Of a stretch of DNA of 64,000 nucleotides, positions 36,980 to 46,200 are shown one piece after another; within the stretch, counting starts at the first letter, position 1, and each line of letters opens with the position of its first letter. The stretch is from an uncultured Nitrososphaerota archaeon (GTDB lineage Archaea > Thermoproteota > EX4484-205 > JAAOZP01), in assembly GCA_964416155.1 (NCBI GenBank), contig CAYQCW010000002.1, positions 108,748-172,747 of the forward strand, given 5' to 3'. The notes below the pieces were generated by a model. That model did not search any database, was not told the origin of the DNA, and worked only from the letters and a program-made list of their open reading frames with translations. The position numbers were made by a program, and so were the translations under genes.

Positions 36980-38731
36980 ATGACGCTGGATAAAATCCTT
37001 TACATAGACCTTTCAAAGAGGAGATTCCACGTTAGAAGCAGACCAGAACTGTTTGAGAAACACATAGGTGGAACAGGCGTCGCCATAAGGCTTCTGATGG
37101 AGGAGTGTCCAGAGAAGGCAGACCCGTTTGGCCCTGAGAACCCAATCATACTCGCAGTCGGCCCCCTGACAAGCCTCTTCCCAATGGCTTCTAAAACAGT
37201 CGCCATGTTCAAGTCTCCTTTAACCGGCAACCTTGGCGAGAGCCATGCTGGTGGAAGAAGCGCCGCTGCGATCAGAATGGCAGGGTATGGGGCGATAGTG
37301 GTTAAGGGGGCTAGTGAAACCCCTGTTTACCTCGCCGTCTACGGTGGCGACGTGTTTTTCAGAGATGCTTCCGGAATATGGGGGATTGAAAGCAGCTACA
37401 CCGTGGGAAGGATAGTTAGGGAACTGGAGTCTGAAGCAGGGTTAAGGACAATCATGAGAATAGGCAGGGCAGGTGAGAAAATGGTTTCATACGCGAGCGT
37501 GGTTGTAGAAACCTACCGTCACTTCGGCAGGCTTGGCCTCGGAGCAGTCTTCGGCAGCAAGAAGCTTAAGGCGATAATGATATCTGGAAAACACTCGGTG
37601 AAGGTTAAAAACCCTCGGGAATACAGGATCCTTTACGACAAGATTCTTCAGCTGATCGTTAAATCACAGCTGATGAAGAAGTACCACGATATTGGAACAT
37701 CCTCCAACGTTATCCCCCTGAACGAGCTTAAAGCGCTTCCCTCGTTAAACCTTCAGCAGACAAGCCTGAAGAATGCTGAAAACATCTCAGGCGAGAATCT
37801 TGCTGAGAAACACTTGGGCAGGAGGGTCTCCTGCTCCCATTGCCCAGTGGCCTGCATACATTTGGCAGCGCTCAGGGAGCCTTACGAGGATGAGCCTTAT
37901 TTCTACAAGACAACCATGGTTCCTTATGATTACGAGCCCATATACTCTTTGGGCTCCATGCTGGGATTAACCGAGACTGATAGGCTGTTAAAGCTTATTG
38001 ACGAGGTTGAGACTCAGGGGCTTGACGCGATAAGCACGGGTGTCGTGTTAGCTTGGGCTACTGAAGCCTATGAGAAAAGCCTTGTCACAAGCGTGGAGAC
38101 AATGGGGCTGGAGCTTAAATGGGGCGATGGGGAAGCCTACCGGGAGGCTGTGAGGAGGATCGTGTCCCAGCCGAACGAGTTCTACTCAACCTTGGCGAAG
38201 GGTGTTGAGAAGGCTGGGTTGAAACACGGGGGAATAGGTTTTGCACTGTCCCTCGGGGGTAACGAGATGCCGGGCTACCATACTGGGCCGGCTGCACACC
38301 TTACTTTTCTAACCGGTGCTAGGCATAGTCATCTGGATAGTGCGGGATACAGCATGGATGAGGATAATGCTAAGACGGGAATCAGGATGACGCCGAGGCA
38401 GATTGCCGAGTCACTGTTTAAAGAGGAGTCTTGGCGTCAAGTCTTATCCAGCCTAGTCGTATGCTTCTTCGCAAGGGGGGTCTACAAGCCTGAAATCGTG
38501 CTCGAATCCCTGAAGACCGTAGGGTTTAATCCCGATATCTCTCTTGAAGACTTGAGCAGAATAGGGGTTGAAACTCTTAAGAGTAAAAACGCGTTTAAAG
38601 CTAGAGAGGGTTTCAGCCATAGATATTTGAGGATACCGAGGAGAATAATTGAAACGGAAACACCACTCGGGACTTTGGATGAAGAATTTATTTGGGAAGG
38701 GATAGAAGAGTTCTTCAGGTTGCTGCAGTAA
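36980..38731 (+). CDS. Tungsten-containing aldehyde:ferredoxin oxidoreductase family protein (GOR-like)
   Basis: KSPLTG, SHAGG, GRLGLGAVFGSKKLKA, CSHCPVAC, GLDAISTG. Confidence 0.88.
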   Translation: MTLDKILYIDLSKRRFHVRSRPELFEKHIGGTGVAIRLLMEECPEKADPFGPENPIILAVGPLTSLFPMASKTVAMFKSPLTGNLGESHAGGRSAAAIRMAGYGAIVVKGASETPVYLAVYGGDVFFRDASGIWGIESSYTVGRIVRELESEAGLRTIMRIGRAGEKMVSYASVVVETYRHFGRLGLGAVFGSKKLKAIMISGKHSVKVKNPREYRILYDKILQLIVKSQLMKKYHDIGTSSNVIPLNELKALPSLNLQQTSLKNAENISGENLAEKHLGRRVSCSHCPVACIHLAALREPYEDEPYFYKTTMVPYDYEPIYSLGSMLGLTETDRLLKLIDEVETQGLDAISTGVVLAWATEAYEKSLVTSVETMGLELKWGDGEAYREAVRRIVSQPNEFYSTLAKGVEKAGLKHGGIGFALSLGGNEMPGYHTGPAAHLTFLTGARHSHLDSAGYSMDEDNAKTGIRMTPRQIAESLFKEESWRQVLSSLVVCFFARGVYKPEIVLESLKTVGFNPDISLEDLSRIGVETLKSKNAFKAREGFSHRYLRIPRRIIETETPLGTLDEEFIWEGIEEFFRLLQ

Positions 38732-38787
38732 ATTTTTCCGGAAAAAGAACACCGAGCTTTTGAACAGGAAGATTATGTAGTGCACTA

Positions 38788-40230
38788 CTATTGTGCGCCT
38801 TTCTCAACTGTCAACTCTGCGTGAATAAGCTCAGCTTTAAGATTAACCGTCGTAACCCTGGTAACCAGAATCACCCAGGGCTCATCCTCAATGTTGACAA
38901 GGCCGAAGTTACTGTTCTCCCCGTCAAACCTCCCCTGCGCAGGCTGATCAGAATACTGGAACCAGTGGTAGCCAACCACGTAGGGCTCGGATAAGATTTT
39001 TCTGACATAGTTTTCGAAGCGCTCAGCCCTATCCACTTGAGTCGCCAAAGGTGTTCCAGCACCCCTAGTGTTAGGCAAGCCTGAGTCCCTCGCCTTAAAC
39101 GAGAACTCGGTAATCATCACTGGAAGACCTGTAAGACGGTTTATAGCCCTCAAGTCCTCCAAGGGGGGCTCCCACCCGTAGTTGTTGACTGAAACAACAT
39201 CCACGTATCCGACGCACCCTTTCAAAACCTCGTCTGGCGGCCTGAAAGCAAACCTGCATCCAAGGATGAGGTGGTTGGGATCATGCTTTCTTATAGCGTC
39301 GTGGCAAACCTTGAAATACCTTTTCGAAACAAGCTCCAGGAAGCCCAGCCTGTCAGAATCCAAGGAGGCCCTGTCAGGAGGCTCGTAGATGTTCAGAATA
39401 TCCTCGAAGGAGCTGAAGCTTGTCCCCCATTTAGCGTTAAGCTCGCTTATACTCCCATACTTCTCCCATAAATACTGGATAAGCACCCTTTTACCCGGAG
39501 CATCCTTTTCAAGAGCAAGATAGTCATCGAAAAGATGCTTGGAAGACCTCCAGTCTGGCCCCCACCTCAGCTCGTTGTCAGTGAAATAACCCAGGAGCCA
39601 CGGGTCATCCCTCCTAGGGGCGCACATCTTCTCAGCAACCTCTTCAGCCACTTTCTCAAACCGCTCTGAAAAATAGTCTACAACGCTTCCCCTCAACCAT
39701 TCTGAGCCGGCTGACGCGGCAACGTCGAGTATTACAGTGTACGGGATTTCAAGCTCGAAGAGCTCTCTGCTTGACCAGGCGCCGATCGTGTTGAAACCGT
39801 AGCTGCGCAGCCTTTCCACAGTGGCTTTCGCCCAAGGCTCGACGCCCCCATACTTTTTCAGAACAGCCTTGTTGTACGGACTGTAGCCCAGTGAAGGAGA
39901 ATAGTCCGCGTCGAAGCTAACGTGATTCACCCCTTTAGATATGAAGCAGTTTCCCTCAGGATCTATAAGCCACCAGGTACCATTAATCTTCTCAACGTGG
40001 AAGAAGCCTGTAGCCGCACCTTTAACGCGCAACGCCCCACCGTAAGCATCATAGGATAGGCTTGATATAAGGCTTGCCAAGTTTTTGAAGCTTTCACCGT
40101 ATTCGGCGAGCTGACGGTTAAGCTCCCTAGCCGACTGCAAGCAGGCGGACAAGTTGTAGGATAGAAACACTAGTATTACCAGCATTATTACGAGAAGCGA
40201 GCACAGTATCTTAAAACTCGGCTTCATCAA
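38788..40230 (-). CDS. Membrane-anchored GH50-like (agarase-like) glycoside hydrolase
   Basis: TGFFHVEK..WWLIDPEG, GYFTDNEL (acid/base), MITEFSF (nucleophile), VGYHWFQYSDQP..GENSNFGLV; N-terminal TM plus coiled coil. Confidence 0.8.
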   Translation of the reverse strand: MMKPSFKILCSLLVIMLVILVFLSYNLSACLQSARELNRQLAEYGESFKNLASLISSLSYDAYGGALRVKGAATGFFHVEKINGTWWLIDPEGNCFISKGVNHVSFDADYSPSLGYSPYNKAVLKKYGGVEPWAKATVERLRSYGFNTIGAWSSRELFELEIPYTVILDVAASAGSEWLRGSVVDYFSERFEKVAEEVAEKMCAPRRDDPWLLGYFTDNELRWGPDWRSSKHLFDDYLALEKDAPGKRVLIQYLWEKYGSISELNAKWGTSFSSFEDILNIYEPPDRASLDSDRLGFLELVSKRYFKVCHDAIRKHDPNHLILGCRFAFRPPDEVLKGCVGYVDVVSVNNYGWEPPLEDLRAINRLTGLPVMITEFSFKARDSGLPNTRGAGTPLATQVDRAERFENYVRKILSEPYVVGYHWFQYSDQPAQGRFDGENSNFGLVNIEDEPWVILVTRVTTVNLKAELIHAELTVEKGAQ

Positions 40231-40321
40231 CTGGATTTACGCATCCATTTTTAAAAGCTTTGCGTCAGTTTGAAACCAATTAGGATAGAAAATGATTATG
40301 AAAAAGATGAAAAAATGGTTT

Positions 40322-42421
40322 TTACGGTTGGAACAGGGTTTGCATCTTCGGGAATACTACTCCAAGGTTTAACAGTGCTGCCGGTAGCCACATGGCGCCG
40401 AAGCCCAGGATCCATCCCGCGACTATGGGCATAGCGTACTCCTCATACCTCTTTATTCCAATGGTCCTGATGACTACGAATTTTATTATTAACGCTATCA
40501 GCGAGGTCAACCACATGTATGTGGGTATGGTCATGGATATGTAGAGGGCTGGAACGTTTATGAACCAGAATAACGGCACCTTAAGCTTCAAGATGTAGAG
40601 CACTAGTGACAGAAGTATTCCGAAACCGTAGCATATTCCAAGGGAATACTCTACTGTTAGCTCCGCGGGCCCAGCCCACCTGCCTCTGTGGTAGTATCCT
40701 GCAGCTACCCATGGCCACCATGTGAACACACGGTCGCCCAACTGGTTGACACCGCCCTGCGTGTTTAATATGAAGTAGGTGTTCAGCGGAACGAACACGA
40801 ACAGCAGCACAACCATGCCGATGAATAATGCTATTAGGAAGTCCCTCATCCTCATCCGGAGCTCGTAGGCAAGCTTGTACAGCGTTACTTGGAACCCTGC
40901 TGACAGTGGGCCGAAGGACACGTTCCAGTGGCCAGCGTTCGCCATGTGCCTGGCTATTGTGAACCAGGCTGGGTCAGTCATGGGCGTGCCCCAGGTTACG
41001 GCGGCGGGTGCGGGCCATCCTCTTAGGGCTGACCCTACTAAGTAGGTTGGATCCCAGACGGCGGGGCCGGTACCCCAGCCTGTTCCGACATGCCAGAAGA
41101 CCTCTGCGTATACTCTGGCATAAACCACGTGGAAGAGCAGGGCCCAGAGTGGCACGAGCAAAGCGATCAACGGGTCTGCTCCCTCGATCAGCATTAGAGC
41201 GTACCATCCGAACGCGCCTATCAGTAGGAGTAGTGGAATCGTTCTCATGGATAGGCCTCTCTCCTCCCCTCCCTTCCAGAGGGCTGAGAAGACGCTTGCA
41301 AACCTCTTCCTCTGGGTGAAGAGGCACCATATCGCTATCCCTAGGCCAACGCCGGTTGAAGCAACCATCCTATATGGGAAAGGCATCCACTGACCCGGAT
41401 ATGCCTCCCAAGGCCACACGTACTCCATCCCAGCCTGGTATGCAACAATACCCATGCTCACGCCTATGCCCTGGTAGAGAACGCCGAAGATGATCCAGCC
41501 TAGTATCAGGGTTATCAGAGCATCGTTAGGCATGACTAGCCCCACAGCTATCTGAGGTACGAAGAATATTGCTGAAGCATAGATTCCCGGCCAGAGTGCA
41601 GCAAGGAAGGGCAGTGCCACGTTCTGCTCACCCCACCATGCGGCTGCTGGGAACTCCGGCCAGAGCTCAACTATTAAAGGCTGTATCCCGCTTATCATGC
41701 CTATTATGAACATGCCCCAGAAAACCTTTGTCGTCGGAACCTTGAAGTTGAATAGTCTGGATTTATTGGTGGCCGGTTCAACCTCCCCTGCTTCCCTGAA
41801 GAGGTAGAGAGATGGAACTGCTAATGGGAAGATTAGCCTCTCCTCCTCCACCCAGACCCTGCCGAAGACGAATGTGACGAATATGCTTATGAAAGCGTAG
41901 AACATGTAGACTAGGCCCCAGTATACTATGGCGTTAGTTACGTAGCCCCATGGAACAGCCTGCCCAGGTGCTTTACCGCTCATCAGCATCGTAGCGATTT
42001 CGAAGCGTATCGGCTCAGGAGCAATTATGACTGCGGGGACAGCCCTGCTCCAGTATTCTCTCAAAGCATCTATCGATAAAGCCTCATAGTCGCTAAGAGC
42101 ACCGTACACAGTCATACTTAAAGGATTATTGTGGGCTGCAGCGTGCATCGTAAGGTATGAGTGCATCCCTAGGAATGAGACGATTGAGAACACGAACACG
42201 AATTCCTGTGGCGTCAGCCTCATCTTAGGGTTGGCTCTCCCAAGAAGTTCAAATATCACAACTAAGTACACCATGGGTAGGATGAAGGTTCCGAATGTGG
42301 CAGGTTTATCGGTATATAGGCCTACCACCACCGACATGTATGCGAAGAATATTGCAAGAGGAATTGAGACGGCGAGTGATTTTGGCGTTAAACCTGTTCT
42401 AAGCTCCACTTCCGTAGCCAT
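40322..42421 (-). CDS. OPT-superfamily-like multi-pass membrane protein (DUF6785/DUF6784-like)
   Basis: About 700 aa, very hydrophobic; GLTPKS N-terminal motif, LTPQEF, WVEEERLIFPLA, RYEEYAMPIVAG; GGTGA RBS before ATG 42421. Confidence 0.72.
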   Translation of the reverse strand: MATEVELRTGLTPKSLAVSIPLAIFFAYMSVVVGLYTDKPATFGTFILPMVYLVVIFELLGRANPKMRLTPQEFVFVFSIVSFLGMHSYLTMHAAAHNNPLSMTVYGALSDYEALSIDALREYWSRAVPAVIIAPEPIRFEIATMLMSGKAPGQAVPWGYVTNAIVYWGLVYMFYAFISIFVTFVFGRVWVEEERLIFPLAVPSLYLFREAGEVEPATNKSRLFNFKVPTTKVFWGMFIIGMISGIQPLIVELWPEFPAAAWWGEQNVALPFLAALWPGIYASAIFFVPQIAVGLVMPNDALITLILGWIIFGVLYQGIGVSMGIVAYQAGMEYVWPWEAYPGQWMPFPYRMVASTGVGLGIAIWCLFTQRKRFASVFSALWKGGEERGLSMRTIPLLLLIGAFGWYALMLIEGADPLIALLVPLWALLFHVVYARVYAEVFWHVGTGWGTGPAVWDPTYLVGSALRGWPAPAAVTWGTPMTDPAWFTIARHMANAGHWNVSFGPLSAGFQVTLYKLAYELRMRMRDFLIALFIGMVVLLFVFVPLNTYFILNTQGGVNQLGDRVFTWWPWVAAGYYHRGRWAGPAELTVEYSLGICYGFGILLSLVLYILKLKVPLFWFINVPALYISMTIPTYMWLTSLIALIIKFVVIRTIGIKRYEEYAMPIVAGWILGFGAMWLPAALLNLGVVFPKMQTLFQP

Positions 42422-42466
42422 AATGTTTTCACCTTCGGTTATGCTATACATTCGCAAAATTTAAAC

Positions 42467-42549
42467 TTTACGCATGTAAAATTTGTTTTAAGATTCATGC
42501 GTAAAACCGCTAAAATGGGTTTATAAACCCATTCCTGTTTACGCGAAAA
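42467..42549. promoter_or_regulatory. Divergent promoter with repeated TTTACGC motif and a 20-bp perfect palindrome
   Basis: TTTACGCATGTAAA (42467-42480), ATGCGTAAA (42497-42505), AATGGGTTTATAAACCCATT (42514-42533), TTTACGCGAAAA (42538-42549). Confidence 0.6.
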
Positions 42550-42611
42550 CCCGTTTCTCCTTCCAAAAATTAGAAGTAAGGTTTATTTAATAAAAAAAAC
42601 CGGTAGAGGTA

Positions 42612-43271
42612 ATGTCTTGGGTCCAGAGTGTGAAGAAGGCGCTTGAACAGTATGAAGTCTTTTTCGAGGAAACCGGTAGGGGAAACTTGGTTGCCAAGCC
42701 GCTTGAAAACCCGCAAACAAGGCTAATTATTCTCGTAAGAAGGATGCAGCTCAGCTTCGACAGGAAGTTCGAAATGGTCGGCGTACTTGAAATCCCTGAA
42801 GACAGGCTTAAAAACCAGGATAGGCCCCAGCTTTTAAGAAGAATGCTTTCAGAATCAGTGGAACTGGAGTTGAAAGGGTTTTTAAGCAGAAGCCTGAAGG
42901 CTAGAAGGTGGAGTGGACTCGCATCCCTACCAGGGATAACCATGCTCGAGGAAGAGGGTCTGATGCAGGTCATTAGAAGCAGGGATGTTGAGGAATTAGT
43001 TAAGCAGGGGGGAGGAGACTTGATAGAAATCTTCCCATCTCTCATACCGGTTGAACTTTTTGAAACATATCTGATGACTTCAGATAGAGGGCCGATTATC
43101 AGCAGCTTGGTTAAAAAATACATGGAGTCGCCTCAATCCATATCATGGATCGTGAGGATGCACATGCTGTATGGTGTTCAGTCAGCAGGCGGGATCCGGA
43201 GAGCATTCCTCACAGTTTTCAACCTGCTTAAGAAAATAGAGGAGTATACTTATACTAGGCTTTTGCCATAG
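42612..43271 (+). CDS. Hypothetical soluble protein
   Basis: 219-aa ORF with a GAGGT RBS; converges on and overlaps the end of the FtsX-M28 gene; no motif recognised. Confidence 0.65.
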   Translation: MSWVQSVKKALEQYEVFFEETGRGNLVAKPLENPQTRLIILVRRMQLSFDRKFEMVGVLEIPEDRLKNQDRPQLLRRMLSESVELELKGFLSRSLKARRWSGLASLPGITMLEEEGLMQVIRSRDVEELVKQGGGDLIEIFPSLIPVELFETYLMTSDRGPIISSLVKKYMESPQSISWIVRMHMLYGVQSAGGIRRAFLTVFNLLKKIEEYTYTRLLP

Positions 43272-46200
43272 ATATGTAACCTGCTTTCTCAGCCGCGGAG
43301 AAGGATCCCCACATTATTAGCTGCTTCCTCAACTCGTTTACGAACCTGTAGTTGGAGGTTACCCACGTGCTCTGCGGCCCTGTAAGCCTCTCCAGGTGGA
43401 GTATAACATCGTATCTCTTCACCTCCTCGTTTAGCCTTGCAGCAATATCAACCCGTTGAGAAACACCTACTTCGAACGGCGAGAGGCTGACTGTCAAGCT
43501 TAACGATAGGTCCTCGTAGTTCGGCGGCTGCAGCTCCTTAACCATGTGAACACCCTCTTTCACGGCTCCCGCACCCGCAAAATACTCGTGTAAATATGCT
43601 AAGAGCCCCCTCCCCTCCTCGATTGTTGAAACGCTTATTAGCAGAGGAATATCCCACTCGTTTCCCTTAGGTTTAGTCTTAAACTTCCATCTCCTCTCAA
43701 GCGAGGGCGTGGCAACTTTCGAAGCTATGTAAGACGGGTATGCGGCTGCTGCTAGGGCTGAAGCCATCGTCACCAGGGTTCCCAGGATCGCGAATGCTGA
43801 GGCGAAGTTGAAAACGTGTTCAGAAGGCAGTATTCCGACAAGCATGAAGACTCTTGTCATGAAATACCCCGCGATATACCCTACTAAGGCGCTTATTATA
43901 GCGTAGACTATGACCTCGGTCATGAAGAACACGGTTACACCCATGGGGGATAAGCCGACGATGTTGAAAATGTGGACCTCCCTAACACGCTCCCTGAGGC
44001 TGCCCAGCACCGTTGTAAATATGTTAAGCGCCCCCAGGATAACGATCATCCATATTATTTCCCATCCTCCAAGAAGCACGGTGGTGAAGGTTGAAAGCAG
44101 ATAAGGCTTTCCCTGGTGGGAAACATATATCGATAGGTCTAGAGAATAGGCCAACTCCTTAGCTAGGCCGAATATTTCGTTGAAAGACATGTTTTCCTTA
44201 GGCACTATGGCTATTGAAGCAATGTACCCCCCTATCATCAGTGCTCTCCTGTATGGTATTATTATTGTTGTTGAAACATCGAGGTTTGGAGGAGACGTGC
44301 CGGCTTGAGCAGAGACAGCCATGTCCCTGCTTATAGTTGGGAAGAAATTTGGGTTAGCCGGGAAAATATTGTATCCATCTGCCTCCTGCAGGAAATCAAC
44401 CTCGTTTGAATCAATTATTCCGGTTACCGTGAACCTGATGCCTGAAACGTAAATAGTGTCCCCTATCGTTACGCTCAAGTTGGTTGCCAGCGATCTCGAT
44501 ATTACTGCCTGATCAGCATCGTCGGAGAGCAGCCCACCCCTCACGATGCATGTGCCTCTCACAATCCGGTTGAACTCCTCCACCGTCAGCCCCATTATTG
44601 CAGGCACTCTGGAAGTGTTGGTTGCACTCCACACCCTGAAGGAAGTGGTCCACGCAGCCCTATCAACCGGGCCGTAAATCCATACTCTCGGGAAAACATA
44701 GTATTTTTCTCCGGCGAATATTTCTGCTATATCCAGAACCTTGTCTGAAAGAATGTTCGGAGGAACGCCTCTCCCCTGTTTTATTAGGATCTCATTCCTA
44801 TAGGAATTACACTCGTAACCATACCTTGTGACTGGAAGCGTTACCCTCCCGGGCATGAGCGAGGTGAAGGATGTCATGGCTACAACCATCGTGATCAATG
44901 TTATGAAAACCAGTATTGCGCGGAAAGGCCTGCGACGCATATGTTCGCCCCCAAGCGAGAAAGATATCATCGCCGTGTCAAGCCTGCTTACTTCAGCCCT
45001 GTGGACACCTAGAATCCTTTTCTCAATGCCTTTCCTAACCTCCTCGCTTATAGAAAGTATTATTATGAACACTACGATGATAATAATCAGGATTAGCGAG
45101 CCCATCATGCCTAGAGAGATATTGCTCATCAATCCGAATGCCGGATGCAGAATGCTGAACAACGCTAGGAATATTGCTGCGAGAACGGCGAGAGTAATAA
45201 TGCGCCTTGAGCCGTGAGCCCGGATGATAAGCTTCTCCAAGAAGAAAGCGCCGAATATGACGAGGATAAACATGTAGAGAAGAGACTTCGCAGAATCGTT
45301 TATCAAGGGCATGACCTCCACGGAGTACGCCCTAACGGCGTAGGCCCTAGCTAGAAGAGCGTAAGCATACATGCCGCTATACTTCCTCTCGTTTAAAAGT
45401 TTCTCAACCTCCTCAATGTATCTCCTTGCCTTATTCAGGGTTTCATCCGCACTCGGGCTACCCATGTTTCTTTTAACCAGCTCAAGATAACGGCCGTATG
45501 AAACATAGTAGAGGTCTTTAGCGGTTCTGAAAGTTGAGAAACACACTCTCTCCCTCTCCCCGTATTTCACGTAGAAACCGCTTCCCTCCGTGTTTTCAAG
45601 AGAAGAATTCGTTAAAAGTATTCCGGTTGGGCTTGCGACGACGAACCTTACCTCTGGCTGAACCCATACTATTGAAACAGGCTCCCAGCCGTTAGAATAG
45701 TAGCCGTAGCTTATCGGCGGGCTCTTAGTAAGCATCTCGAACGAGAACACCATAACCGGTTGAGGCGGGCTCCTCCACATTTCGAACGCGCCAGCCCTAG
45801 GATCTATTATGCTGGGCGTTATTATGACGGTTGGAATCTCGAAATCAAGCACTTCCACTGAAACGGCTTTAGCAATCACCACGGTAACATTCTCATAAGC
45901 GTGTAGGACGGTTATTTCAAGCGGGAAGTTCGCCATGCCGAACTGCCCCAGGTCAGTAGCCATCGTGATAACGCCCTCATCGTTAAACACCCACCCCCTA
46001 GCAATCCATCTTGAAAATATTACTGCGGTGCCTCCTCCCCCAGCAGCACCGGCAATAGGCACGCCGTGGACTGTGAAAGAACCGTCTTCGCCGCTTTTCA
46101 TTACTATCCTGTTAAGCTTGTAGGTTGAAGTAACCAGCCTTACCTCAACAAGAGCATTAGGAACCACGTCGTACCATCCTTTACTATAGTTGTAGACAAC

